Under the pieces are notes generated by a model. The model worked only from the letters and a program-made list of their open reading frames with translations, made no database searches and had not been told where the DNA came from. From an uncultured Flavipsychrobacter sp. (GTDB lineage Bacteria > Bacteroidota > Bacteroidia > Chitinophagales > Chitinophagaceae), in assembly GCA_964464965.1 (NCBI GenBank), contig CAYXHM010000001.1:251947-315946 (forward strand): DNA of 64,000 bases, read 5' to 3'. The position numbers were made by a program, and so were the translations under genes. Every line of letters begins with the position of its first letter. Position 1 is the first letter of the stretch. Of the stretch, positions 29,745-39,795 are shown in pieces.

Positions 29745-30872
29745 ATGGCGGGAATTTATATTCATATACCATTTTGCAAACAGGCCTGCGCTTATTGCAA
29801 TTTTCACTTTTCTACATCGCTGAAGCTAAAGGATGATATGCTTGTAGCGATTATCAAGGAAATAGCGGCAAAAAAACACTACCTGCCGCAAGCGGCCATC
29901 AGCACTATATATCTTGGTGGTGGCACACCATCGCTGTTATCGGCCGATGAGATAAAAACAATTACCGAAGCGATAGCCACACATTACGATATAAGCGGCC
30001 TGCAGGAATTCACCATAGAAACCAACCCCGACGACCTGACCCCGGCTTATATAAAAAGCCTGCGCAATACGGCCATCAACCGTTTCAGCATAGGCACGCA
30101 ATCTTTTTTTGATGAAGACCTGGCCTACATGAACCGCGCACACAACGCCCGTGAGGCTGACTATGCTATAAAAGCCGTGCAGGACGCAGGCTACGAAAAT
30201 ATAACCATAGACCTGATATATGGCACGCCCGGGCTGACGGATAAGAACTGGCTGTATAACCTGCAACAGGTAAGAGACCTGGGCATCCCCCACTTTTCTG
30301 CCTACGCACTGACGGTAGAAGAAAACACCGCACTGCACCATAACATAAAAGCAAAAAAATCCTCACCCGTAGATGCGGAGCAATCGGCCCGGCAGTTTGA
30401 AATGCTGATGGAAAAGGCTGAACAATACGGCTATGAGCACTACGAAATATCTAACCTGGCAAAAGAGGGACACAGGGCTGTACACAATACCAACTACTGG
30501 CTGGGTGTACCCTACATAGGCATAGGCCCTTCGGCACATTCTTTCAATGGTACATCGCGGCAATGGAATGTTGCGAACAACCCGCTGTATATAAAATCTG
30601 TAATGACAAGCGGCACACCTGAATCTGAACAGGAACTACTGACACAGGAACAGCGGCTGAATGAATACATCATGACATCGCTACGTACGGCATGGGGCCT
30701 GGATATGGAACGTGTAAGCCGCAACTGGGGCAGCGATTATGCACAGGCTATACTGGAAGATGCGCAAAGGTTTATGGAAGAGCAGAAACTGTTTCAGAAA
30801 GAACAAACGCTGCTCCTCACCAACAAGGGCAAGCTATATGCAGACTACATAGCTGGCGAGTTGTTTGTGTAG
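29745..30872 (+). CDS. hemW: Radical SAM heme chaperone HemW (HemN-like, oxygen-independent coproporphyrinogen oxidase family)
   Basis: MAGIYIHIPFCKQACAYCNFHF carries the CxxxCxxC radical-SAM motif. A HemN_C-like C-terminus is present. Confidence 0.85.
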   Translation: MAGIYIHIPFCKQACAYCNFHFSTSLKLKDDMLVAIIKEIAAKKHYLPQAAISTIYLGGGTPSLLSADEIKTITEAIATHYDISGLQEFTIETNPDDLTPAYIKSLRNTAINRFSIGTQSFFDEDLAYMNRAHNAREADYAIKAVQDAGYENITIDLIYGTPGLTDKNWLYNLQQVRDLGIPHFSAYALTVEENTALHHNIKAKKSSPVDAEQSARQFEMLMEKAEQYGYEHYEISNLAKEGHRAVHNTNYWLGVPYIGIGPSAHSFNGTSRQWNVANNPLYIKSVMTSGTPESEQELLTQEQRLNEYIMTSLRTAWGLDMERVSRNWGSDYAQAILEDAQRFMEEQKLFQKEQTLLLTNKGKLYADYIAGELFV

Positions 30873-30890
30873 GACACGTAACTTTATTGG

Positions 30891-31532
30891 ATGAAACAAA
30901 TGCTTTCTTTCCTGCTGATATTATGTGCAACAATAACCACGCACGCACAGGTGACTACTGATGTGCCTGCTAAAGTTGAGAAGAATAAAAAATACCTTTT
31001 CTACCTGCATGGGGCTATTGTACAGTCGCAGGGAGAGAATGCTGTAAGCCCCGCTTATGGCAAATATATGTACCGTGCTATTGTAGATTCCTTTAGCAAT
31101 TATGGCTATCATGTCATCAGCGAGGTACGGCCTAAAGATGCAAATGGCGGCAACTATGCCAGAAAAGTTGCAGCACAGGTGAAAAAGCTGATGGATAATG
31201 GTGTACCGGCCCATCACATCATCATTGTTGGCGCATCCGCAGGTGGAAGTATTGCCATGAACGCGGCAGATGTGTTATCCAACCCGGATATAAATTATGC
31301 TCTTATGGGCGTACATGCCGGTGGAGCAATTAAAATATGCGGCAACTTCTTTTCTGTGTACGAATCTTCAGACGCTACAGGTGCGCTTGCAGGACTATTT
31401 GAGGGCAACCGCTGTGTAAAGGGCTTTAAGGAAATAAAACTGAACATGGGCAACGGCCATGGATTTTTATACCAACCTTATAAAGAATGGCTGCACCCTA
31501 TGATGCAATGGGCGGAGAAGGCATCAAAGTGA
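30891..31532 (+). CDS. Secreted alpha/beta hydrolase-like protein
   Basis: Signal peptide, plus a nucleophile elbow IIIVGASAGGS (GxSxG). Confidence 0.55.
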   Translation: MKQMLSFLLILCATITTHAQVTTDVPAKVEKNKKYLFYLHGAIVQSQGENAVSPAYGKYMYRAIVDSFSNYGYHVISEVRPKDANGGNYARKVAAQVKKLMDNGVPAHHIIIVGASAGGSIAMNAADVLSNPDINYALMGVHAGGAIKICGNFFSVYESSDATGALAGLFEGNRCVKGFKEIKLNMGNGHGFLYQPYKEWLHPMMQWAEKASK

Positions 31533-32660
31533 GCCTTTTATACAGGCATAATTTATCCCGGCCAGCTGCCTGCCCGCTTCACTACCCAGCGCTACACCCA
31601 TACCCCCCATGCGGAAGGCACCAAACACCCTCGGGCTTATTTGCTTAATAATGGGCTGCTTATCGGCACCAAATGCCATGACACCTGCCCAACGCAGCGC
31701 TATGGTAAAATCAACACCCGGCAATATAATCCCGCGCAGTTTTTCTTCCAGGTTCTCTTGTATCACTTGCGTGATGTTGTCTTCATACGTAGTCTCACCC
31801 ATGAAATCAATATTGCGCCCGCCACCCAGCAGCACACGCCCGTCTATCTCCCTGAAGTAATAATAACCCTCGTCAAGATGGAATACACCCTTCAGTTTTA
31901 GCCCCGGTATGCGTTCTGTTACCAGTACCTGTCCGCGCCCCGGGGTTACATCCTCACCCGGTAGCAATTCCGGGGTATAAGCATTCGTGCATAAATTTAG
32001 TGTACTGCATTTTAATTGATAAGACTCACCCACATATACACCCACAAACTTTTCTTCTTCCTCGTATTCAATAACCTCCGCCCCTGTTTTTATTTCTACT
32101 CCCTGCTGCTGTGCAAAATCTATCAATGCGCGCATCATTTTGCCTGTGTGCAATTCGCCCTCGCAGGTGTTTTCTATCAGCGCATGCGTGTAGCTTTCAG
32201 AAAAACCGAATTCTTTTATTTGCTCGTCTGCCCGCCTGAATGACGGTTGATTATTAACCGGTAGTAAAAGCTCATTCAGGTAATCCAGCTTATTTAACGC
32301 TTCTTTTGCATTTTCATTTATCAGCTCATAACTGCCATTAGCCGCATAACCAATACGGTCATCGCCCAGCCTTTTGCGCAGCAGTTGCAGCCCCGCTTTT
32401 CTACTGGCAAACAGGTTAACCACCTCTGCTTCTGTCATCGTCTGCAAATCGTCTAAAAGCTCTGTAACACTACCCATACAGGCAAAGCCTGCATTGCGCG
32501 TGCTGGCCCCGGCGGGTATCAATCCGCGCTCCAGCACCAGTACCGACTGTGCCGGGTACAAGGCTTTTAGCTCTATTGCTGTACTAAGGCCGGTAATACC
32601 TGAGCCTATGACTATATGGTCGTATTTAAAAAAGCTTTGACTCTCCCAGTAGCTGAACAT
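31524..32660 (-). CDS. FAD-dependent oxidoreductase (DAO family)
   Basis: From ATG 32660 the dinucleotide-binding motif is YDHIVIGSGITGLSTA. About 378 aa. Confidence 0.8.
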   Translation of the reverse strand: MFSYWESQSFFKYDHIVIGSGITGLSTAIELKALYPAQSVLVLERGLIPAGASTRNAGFACMGSVTELLDDLQTMTEAEVVNLFASRKAGLQLLRKRLGDDRIGYAANGSYELINENAKEALNKLDYLNELLLPVNNQPSFRRADEQIKEFGFSESYTHALIENTCEGELHTGKMMRALIDFAQQQGVEIKTGAEVIEYEEEEKFVGVYVGESYQLKCSTLNLCTNAYTPELLPGEDVTPGRGQVLVTERIPGLKLKGVFHLDEGYYYFREIDGRVLLGGGRNIDFMGETTYEDNITQVIQENLEEKLRGIILPGVDFTIALRWAGVMAFGADKQPIIKQISPRVFGAFRMGGMGVALGSEAGRQLAGINYACIKGSL

Positions 32661-32696
32661 GATGCAAAGTAAAAATCTTTGTCTTAAATTGGCAGC

Positions 32697-33215
32697 ATGA
32701 AACAAGTGTTATTTATACTGCTGTTACTGCCAATTGCAGCCATGGCACAAAACGACAACAGCAAAAAACAATCGGACTTTACAGGCTGGAAAATGAACGA
32801 CTGTCTTGTGTACGGCCTGAAAGAACTGGCCAAAGGCGAAAACGGTGTATTGAAAGGAGCTGCAGCAGGGCGCATAACACCGAATACCAAAGTGATATAC
32901 ATAGCCAACCAGAGCTGGTTGAAAGATGTACCGGATACAGTAAATGGCATAGTGTACAAATACGTAGATATTGACAGCAATATAAAAACAATAGCTGCCC
33001 AGGTGGAAATGAAAGAAGCTGCTGTGTTTTACGTAAGCCCTTTTGAATTAAAAACCAATATGAGCGAACTGTGGATTTTCCCGATTGATATAAAGAAGCA
33101 AAAGAGAAAATATGTGCAGGAATACCCTGCCACGGGCTATAAAATGAGTTTCTTCTTTAATTATGATCCGCCCACATACGAATTCAGGGGTACTGATGCG
33201 GTGGTGTTGGAATAG
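32697..33215 (+). CDS. Hypothetical secreted protein
   Basis: Signal peptide MKQVLFILLLLPIAAMAQ. No known motifs. Confidence 0.55.
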   Translation: MKQVLFILLLLPIAAMAQNDNSKKQSDFTGWKMNDCLVYGLKELAKGENGVLKGAAAGRITPNTKVIYIANQSWLKDVPDTVNGIVYKYVDIDSNIKTIAAQVEMKEAAVFYVSPFELKTNMSELWIFPIDIKKQKRKYVQEYPATGYKMSFFFNYDPPTYEFRGTDAVVLE

Positions 33216-33238
33216 TGATATGTTCAACGAATTTTCAG

Positions 33239-33265
33239 AAAGCTCCCATGCAGGGGGCTTTTTTT
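33239..33265 (+). terminator. Terminator after 32697..33215
   Basis: aaagctccc / atgca / gggggcttt (one G-U pair) followed by tttt. Confidence 0.7.
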
Positions 33266-33287
33266 ATGGATGCCGCCCGCAGTTTTG

Positions 33288-33295
33288 TATTTTTG
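33288..33295 (+). promoter_or_regulatory. -7 promoter motif (TATTTTTG) for leuS
   Basis: Exact TAnnTTTG match, 32 nt upstream of ATG 33327. Confidence 0.5.
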
Positions 33296-33326
33296 CCCTC
33301 CGTTTTAATACAGAAACGCAGTTTTT

Positions 33327-36116
33327 ATGGAATACGCGCACCGCGATATAGAAAAGAAGTGGCAACAATACTGGAAAGATAAAGAGGTATATAAAGTCAG
33401 CAATGAGAGTGACAAGCCCAAGTTTTATGTGCTGGACATGTTCCCCTACCCCAGCGGGGCGGGCCTGCATGTGGGCCATCCTTTGGGTTATATAGCATCA
33501 GACATACTGGCGCGCTACAAAAGGCATTGCGGCTACAATGTGCTGCACCCCATGGGTTACGATGCCTTTGGCCTGCCGGCAGAGCAGTATGCACTGGAAA
33601 CAGGTCAGCACCCTGCCACCACTACTGAACAGAACATAAAACGCTACCGCGAGCAGCTGGACAATATAGGCTTCTGCTACGACTGGAGCCGCGAGGTGCG
33701 CACCAGCGACCCTAAATACTACAAATGGACACAGTGGATATTCCTGCAACTGTTTCATAGCTGGTACAACCGCAAAGAGCAAAAAGCCACACCAATAACT
33801 GAATTGGTAAAGATATTTGAAACAGAAGGCAATATAAACCACACCTGCCCGGCAGACGAAACTTTACAGTTCGTAGCTGATGAATGGAAGCTGATGGATG
33901 AAATACAACGCAGGGATACATTGATGCAATACCGCAACGCCTACCTGAGCCATGCTGAAGTATGGTGGTGCGAGGCATTGGGCACGGTGCTGGCGAATGA
34001 CGAGGTAGTGAATGGGGTATCTGAACGAGGCGGTCATCCTGTAGTAAAAAAGCAGATGAGCCAGTGGTTCCTGCGGATAACGGAATTTGCAGACAGGCTG
34101 CTGGGCAGTCTTGACAAGCTGGAATGGACAGAAGCCATGAAGGAAATGCAACGCAACTGGATAGGCAGAAGCGTAGGCGCGGAGGTAACATTCAGGCTGA
34201 AAGCGCAGGATAACGGGATAAAAGTATTTACCACCCGTCCCGATACTGTTTTTGGTGTTGACTTTATGGTGCTGGCACCGGAGCATGAACTGGTAGATAA
34301 AATAACTACCGCTGAGCAACTGGAAGCAGTAACTAAATACAAAGAGTATGTGCAGAGCCGCAGCGAGCGCGAGCGTATGTCTGAGGTAAAAACCATAAGC
34401 GGCGCATTCACCGGTGCTTATGTCACACACCCGTTTACGGGTAGGGATATACCGGTATGGATATCTGAATATGTACTGGCAGGCTACGGCACGGGCGCTA
34501 TTATGGCGGTACCCAGCGGCGACGACCGCGACCATGCTTTCGCTAAACATTTCAACATTCCCATCACCAATGTATTTGGCGACAGGTATAACGGCGAAGC
34601 AGCCTACACAGATAAAGGCGGCACAATAGAGAACAGCGATTTTTTGAGTGGCAAAGAAGTAAAGGATGCCATCAACACCGCTATCAATGCCATAGTGGAG
34701 AAAGGAATTGGCCGTGCTAAGGTAAACTATAAGCTGCGCGATGCGGGCTTTAGCCGCCAGAGGTATTGGGGCGAACCATTCCCGATAGTGTATGCCGAAC
34801 ATACGCCCTATGCTATAGACGAGATAGACGGAACTAATTACCAACTGCCTGTAGAACTGCCGCATGTGGACAGCTACAAGCCCGGTCCGGAGGGGCAGGG
34901 GCCACTGGCGAATATAGAAGAGTGGGTAAACCTCAACCAGAACTATCGCAGTCCGCTGAGAAGGGAAACCAACACCATGCCCGGCTATGCAGGCAGCAGC
35001 TGGTACTTCCTGCGCTATATGGACCCGCATAATGACGAAACATTTGCTGGCCGTAAAGCAACAGACTATTGGCAGGCGGTGGATGTGTACATAGGCGGTA
35101 CGGAACATGCCGTAGGCCACCTGCTGTACAGCCGTATGTGGACAAAAGCACTGCACGACCTGGGACATATTGGTTTTGATGAGCCATTTAAAAAACTTAT
35201 CAACCAGGGAATGATACAGGGGAGTTCGAGGTTTGTTTACCGTATCAATGGATCTAACACCTTTGTATCTAAAGGATTGAAACAACAATACAAAGTAGAT
35301 GAAATACATGTGGATGTAAACATGGTAGATGGTGTAGAACTAAATACCGAAGCATTTAAAAAATGGCGTCCTGAATATGCAGACGCGGAATTCATCCTTG
35401 AAGACGGCAAATACATCTGCGGTGCAGAGATAGAAAAAATGTCGAAGAGCAAATACAACGTTGTGAACCCAGACGACATTGTAGCGCAATATGGTGCGGA
35501 TACTTTCCGCATGTACGAGATGTTCCTGGGGCCGATAGACATGAGTAAACCCTGGGACACCAAGGGCATAGAAGGCGTACACCGTTTCCTGAAAAAGATG
35601 TGGCGGTTGTATAATGATGAGCAAGGTTTAATTGTATCAGATGAGCCGGCTACAGAAGCCGAACTGAAAGCACTGCACAAAACGATAAAGAAAATAAGCG
35701 ATGACATTGAGCGTTTCTCATTCAATACATCCGTAAGCCAGTTCATGATATGCGTCAATGAGCTATCTGCGCTCAACTGCCACAAGCGCAGCATACTGCA
35801 GCCGCTGGCAGTTGTTATAGCACCTTTCGCACCACACTTTGCAGAAGAGCTATGGCACCAACTGGGGAACGAAGGCAGCGTCATAGATGCTGCATACCCG
35901 CAGTACGATGAAAAGTACACGGTAGAAAACAGCAAGCTGTATCCTGTAGCCATCAATGGCAAGGCGCGTGCGGAAATGGAATTTGCCCTGGATATAGATA
36001 AGGCAGAACTGGAGCAGCAGGTACTGGCTAACGAAACAGTACAGAAATGGATGGACGGCAAACCGATGAAAAAGTTCATCTACGTGCCGGGCAAGATGAT
36101 AAACATTGTGGTGTAA
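33327..36116 (+). CDS. leuS: Leucine--tRNA ligase
   Basis: 929 aa. Contains the HIGH-type motif PYPSGAGLHVGHPLGY, the KMSKS motif, and an N-terminus EKKWQQYW typical of LeuRS. Confidence 0.95.
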   Translation: MEYAHRDIEKKWQQYWKDKEVYKVSNESDKPKFYVLDMFPYPSGAGLHVGHPLGYIASDILARYKRHCGYNVLHPMGYDAFGLPAEQYALETGQHPATTTEQNIKRYREQLDNIGFCYDWSREVRTSDPKYYKWTQWIFLQLFHSWYNRKEQKATPITELVKIFETEGNINHTCPADETLQFVADEWKLMDEIQRRDTLMQYRNAYLSHAEVWWCEALGTVLANDEVVNGVSERGGHPVVKKQMSQWFLRITEFADRLLGSLDKLEWTEAMKEMQRNWIGRSVGAEVTFRLKAQDNGIKVFTTRPDTVFGVDFMVLAPEHELVDKITTAEQLEAVTKYKEYVQSRSERERMSEVKTISGAFTGAYVTHPFTGRDIPVWISEYVLAGYGTGAIMAVPSGDDRDHAFAKHFNIPITNVFGDRYNGEAAYTDKGGTIENSDFLSGKEVKDAINTAINAIVEKGIGRAKVNYKLRDAGFSRQRYWGEPFPIVYAEHTPYAIDEIDGTNYQLPVELPHVDSYKPGPEGQGPLANIEEWVNLNQNYRSPLRRETNTMPGYAGSSWYFLRYMDPHNDETFAGRKATDYWQAVDVYIGGTEHAVGHLLYSRMWTKALHDLGHIGFDEPFKKLINQGMIQGSSRFVYRINGSNTFVSKGLKQQYKVDEIHVDVNMVDGVELNTEAFKKWRPEYADAEFILEDGKYICGAEIEKMSKSKYNVVNPDDIVAQYGADTFRMYEMFLGPIDMSKPWDTKGIEGVHRFLKKMWRLYNDEQGLIVSDEPATEAELKALHKTIKKISDDIERFSFNTSVSQFMICVNELSALNCHKRSILQPLAVVIAPFAPHFAEELWHQLGNEGSVIDAAYPQYDEKYTVENSKLYPVAINGKARAEMEFALDIDKAELEQQVLANETVQKWMDGKPMKKFIYVPGKMINIVV

Positions 36117-36141
36117 CAATATACCCTTCGTAGAACAGGGG

Positions 36142-36171
36142 CGCACTTTCGTTGGATGAAAGTGCGTTTTT
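36142..36171 (+). terminator. leuS terminator
   Basis: cgcactttc / gttggat / gaaagtgcg followed by ttttt. Confidence 0.8.
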
Positions 36172-36230
36172 GTTGGATGTATTTCCATTATGCAGCACAC
36201 ATTACTATATTGCAGTATAATTTAATATTT

Positions 36231-37826
36231 ATGAAATATACACTTACCCTACTGTTTGTACTGTTTACCGTGGCTGCAAACGCCCAGCTCACCAACGGGC
36301 TTGTTGCGCATTGGAGTTTCAATGGTAATGTAAATGATGTTTCAGGCAACGGGCATAACGGTACACCTTCTAATATTTCTTACACTACCGGTAAAGCAGG
36401 TTTAGCAAATACAGCAGCGTCATTTAATGGTGTTAATAGCCGGGCTGTAGTGGCCTACGGGTCAGACCTGAACTTGTCTGCCTACAGCATATGCGCAATG
36501 GTGAAGGTAAATGGGTATTATACCGGCAAGTGCGAAACGAGTTCTATATTAAGCAGGGAACAAGATCATAATCCGGGCCACTATAGCATGATTTTTTCAG
36601 ATAATCCTTTTGACAATGGCACATGCAATGCCCTGGATACTTCAAAATATGTTTTTATGAGCGGGGCAGGAGGAAATTTCCTGCAGCCCGGACAACATAC
36701 TGCAGTGCAATATACCCCGGCTATTGTGTCAGGAAACTGGTATTGTGTAATTGTTACCTGGGATGGTAACACGCTAAATACTTATGTAAACAGTTCTATT
36801 AAGTCTTCCATAGCACTTAATGCTATAGGTACTTCAGGCGAAGGCCTTACAATCGGCGCTTCTCACAATATTAATATATTCAGTACTTATCCTTATTGGC
36901 TTAATGGCATATTAGATGACCTCAGACTGTACAACAGGGCATTGACACCCGGTGAAATCAGCAACTATTGCGGTCTGTTTGACACAGTTGTTGCCATAAA
37001 AGACACAGCACGACACGCCTGCCCTGATGATACCTTTCACCTGGGCTATGTTGTGAATGAAACATTTGGCCCGGGCAATATATTCACGGCACAATTGTCT
37101 GATGCTACCGGCGGCTTTAATACACCCGTAACCATAGGCACACTCACATCTTCAACAGGTGGCAAAATTGTTTGCAACACACCGCCCTCTTTAACACAAG
37201 GGGCCGGATATAAGGTCCGTATTGTATCAACCAACCCTGTGAGGGTTACAGATATTCCATTAAAATTGACGGTGTACAACATGCAACCGGCAACAATCAG
37301 TATAGTTGCCAATCCGGCAGGACCAATCACACCAGGCCAGTCAGTGACCTTTGTAGCTAATGTAGGTAACGGAGGTCCCAATCCTACAATAATCTGGTAC
37401 AGGAATGGCATGCAGGTACCCGGCATTAATAATGATAGCCTTACACTAAAAACGCTTAATGAAAATGACAGTATATATGCTGTGGTTAAAAGCAGTAATC
37501 CCTGCGTGCTGAATACCCCTACGCAGAGCAATGTTATCAATGTCCAGATCAACTCATCGGTAAATGATATACAACTGCACAACCTGGATATTTATCCCAA
37601 CCCCAATAGCGGCAGCTTTAATATAACAGCAGACAATGTTCATTACAGCGAAATAGCTATTGAGATATATAACGCTATAGGGCAATCTGTTTACAGGAAG
37701 CAGGTAAAACCTGTAAACAAGATAATAGCTGAACAGATCAATATGCCAGACGTGCCCAACGGTATATATATGCTAAGGCTTTCAGCAGCCGGGAAAAGCA
37801 GGAACATAAGGTTGCTGATAAATTAA
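36231..37826 (+). CDS. LamG/concanavalin-A-like lectin domain protein with Ig-like modules and T9SS C-terminal sorting domain
   Basis: From ATG 36231 the signal peptide is MKYTLTLLFVLFTVAANAQ. The LamG-like segment runs LVAHWSFNGNVNDVSGNGHNG...LDDLRLYNRALT. The C-terminus IYPNPNSGSFNI...GIYMLRL is a T9SS CTD. Confidence 0.8.
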   Translation: MKYTLTLLFVLFTVAANAQLTNGLVAHWSFNGNVNDVSGNGHNGTPSNISYTTGKAGLANTAASFNGVNSRAVVAYGSDLNLSAYSICAMVKVNGYYTGKCETSSILSREQDHNPGHYSMIFSDNPFDNGTCNALDTSKYVFMSGAGGNFLQPGQHTAVQYTPAIVSGNWYCVIVTWDGNTLNTYVNSSIKSSIALNAIGTSGEGLTIGASHNINIFSTYPYWLNGILDDLRLYNRALTPGEISNYCGLFDTVVAIKDTARHACPDDTFHLGYVVNETFGPGNIFTAQLSDATGGFNTPVTIGTLTSSTGGKIVCNTPPSLTQGAGYKVRIVSTNPVRVTDIPLKLTVYNMQPATISIVANPAGPITPGQSVTFVANVGNGGPNPTIIWYRNGMQVPGINNDSLTLKTLNENDSIYAVVKSSNPCVLNTPTQSNVINVQINSSVNDIQLHNLDIYPNPNSGSFNITADNVHYSEIAIEIYNAIGQSVYRKQVKPVNKIIAEQINMPDVPNGIYMLRLSAAGKSRNIRLLIN

Positions 37827-37885
37827 ACTAATAAAGACATTTATCGTTTATAATGTGGATAGGTTATCTGTCCCCATTTTTTATG

Positions 37886-37893
37886 TATTTTTG
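37886..37893 (+). promoter_or_regulatory. -7 promoter motif (TATTTTTG) for the DUF389 gene
   Basis: Exact TAnnTTTG match, 54 nt upstream of ATG 37947. Confidence 0.4.
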
Positions 37894-37946
37894 TTTGTTT
37901 CAAACAGGCCACTACGTTTTAGCGGTTGCATATTTAAAATACCCGG

Positions 37947-39254
37947 ATGAAAAGAGTATTAGTAGAGCTTCGCAACTTTTTAAAACATAGGTTCACACTT
38001 ACAGACGGCATGCAGGAAGAGCATGTCGTTATTCAGACTATACGCAAGGATGTAGTTTTCAGGGGTACAAACGTATGGACACTGGTCTTTGCAATTTTCA
38101 TAGCATCTATAGGGCTTAATGTAAATTCTACTGCAGTGGTTATAGGCGCGATGCTTATATCACCACTAATGGGGCCTATCATAGGTATAGGGCTGGGTAT
38201 TGGCATTAACGATATTGAATTACTGAAAAAAGGGTTGCTGAATATCTGTATAGCGGCCGGTGTCAGTATAGCTACTTCGTTCCTGTACTTTACCATCACA
38301 CCGCTGCACGATGCGAGCTCTGAACTGCTGGCACGTACCACACCTACTATCTGGGATGTATTCATAGCGTTTTTTGGTGGCCTGGCAGGTATTGTAGCCG
38401 CTACAAGAAAAGAAAAGACCAATGTAATACCAGGAGTAGCTATAGCTACTGCACTGATGCCCCCTTTGTGCACCGCAGGCTTTGGCCTGGCAACAGGGCA
38501 ATGGTATTACTTCCTGGGGGCTATTTACCTGTTTTTTATCAACTGCCTTTTTATATGCCTGGCTACACTTATTGTCGTAAAGCGCCTGAAATTTCACAGG
38601 GTAGAATTCACCACGCCGGGGCGGGAAAAACGTATATCGCGCATCATATTTGTGATAGTAATACTAACTGTAATACCCAGCATATACCTGGCATACCGTC
38701 TTGTACAAAAGAGTATTTTTGAGAACAATGTCAGCAAGTTTGTACAGGAAGAATTTAATTCAAGGCCTACGCAGGTAGCCAAGTATGAATTTAATTACGA
38801 CAAAAAAGTACGGCAGGTAGAATTGCTGCTGGTAGGGCAAACACTCACGGCAGCTGATATAGATACCCTATCAAGAAAGCTGCACAAATACAACCTGGAG
38901 AAAACAAAACTGGTAGTACACCAGGGGGTGGATGCGGAACAAATGATGGAACAGTCGTCTTTTAACAGCAAAACCCTGGAAGAACTGAATACCAGGATAA
39001 ACGCGCTGGCCAGTGCCAGGAAAAATGAAAATAATCCCAACATAAAAAAAGAACTGGAAGCATTGTTCCCAGATATAGAGTCCTACTCTTTTACCAGGGA
39101 CGTAATCATATATTCTGATACCGCCGGTATTGATACCGTAAGCCTTTTCACAGGCAGGTTTGCAAAAGAGCCACAGGCCAGAGAAAAAGACAAACTGAAC
39201 AACTGGCTCAAACAACGCACACAATCAGACAGTGTAAAAATCATATTTGAATAG
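37947..39254 (+). CDS. DUF389 family membrane protein
   Basis: NVWTLVFAIFIASIGLNVNSTAVVIGAMLISPLMGPI is the DUF389 hallmark. A soluble C-terminal domain follows. Confidence 0.75.
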   Translation: MKRVLVELRNFLKHRFTLTDGMQEEHVVIQTIRKDVVFRGTNVWTLVFAIFIASIGLNVNSTAVVIGAMLISPLMGPIIGIGLGIGINDIELLKKGLLNICIAAGVSIATSFLYFTITPLHDASSELLARTTPTIWDVFIAFFGGLAGIVAATRKEKTNVIPGVAIATALMPPLCTAGFGLATGQWYYFLGAIYLFFINCLFICLATLIVVKRLKFHRVEFTTPGREKRISRIIFVIVILTVIPSIYLAYRLVQKSIFENNVSKFVQEEFNSRPTQVAKYEFNYDKKVRQVELLLVGQTLTAADIDTLSRKLHKYNLEKTKLVVHQGVDAEQMMEQSSFNSKTLEELNTRINALASARKNENNPNIKKELEALFPDIESYSFTRDVIIYSDTAGIDTVSLFTGRFAKEPQAREKDKLNNWLKQRTQSDSVKIIFE

Positions 39255-39286
39255 CGTACACTGTAACGGTTTGCACTCCTGCTTTT

Positions 39287-39673
39287 TTACAGCTTGAAAT
39301 GCGGGTTGTATATGATGCCGAACACATTGCCCCAGGGGTCTTTTACTGCCGCTACCACAATACCGCCACCCACCTCTGCAGGGTCTTCATGTGGTGTTGC
39401 TCCTGCTGCTATCAGCATGGCATGGGTTGCCTCTACATCTGCCACGCCCCAGTAGGCTATTACACTATCAGCTTTCTTCGCCGGCTGCCCTTCTTCGGGT
39501 TGCAGGCCCAGCTCGTAGCCCGCAATATTAAAGCCCACGTAAAAAGGCTCATTAAAATAGGGTTCGAAACCCAGTATATTGGTGTACCATTGCGTAGCTT
39601 CCTTTATATCAGCCACTTTATATATAACCGTTCGCAGGCCAAGAAATGGAGTGTCCATAATATTAGTTTTCAC
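39287..39673 (-). CDS. VOC/glyoxalase family protein
   Basis: 128 aa with a pattern typical of the glyoxalase/bleomycin-resistance fold: L..V.Y.V.D...A..WY...LGF.......F. Confidence 0.7.
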   Translation of the reverse strand: MKTNIMDTPFLGLRTVIYKVADIKEATQWYTNILGFEPYFNEPFYVGFNIAGYELGLQPEEGQPAKKADSVIAYWGVADVEATHAMLIAAGATPHEDPAEVGGGIVVAAVKDPWGNVFGIIYNPHFKL

Positions 39674-39758
39674 TAAGTTATGCCATATTCCACAATCTAT
39701 AAAAGACGTTTAATTGAGTAATAACATATTATTATAGCTGCGTGTAGCGCCGATGCCT

Positions 39759-39766
39759 TATCTTTG
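39759..39766 (+). promoter_or_regulatory. -7 promoter motif (TATCTTTG) for the desaturase gene
   Basis: Exact TAnnTTTG match, 30 nt upstream of ATG 39796. Confidence 0.5.
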
Positions 39767-39795
39767 CACCCTCAATAAAAAATACGTTTGCCGGC

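Noticed and set aside
33864-35309. 481-aa ORF, plus the 280-aa ORF at 35237..36079, antisense to leuS.
   Set aside because: leuS on the + strand carries unmistakable HIGH and KMSKS motifs over the same DNA. The antisense products are low-complexity, rich in Cys, Phe and Arg, and have no motifs. These are typical shadow ORFs.
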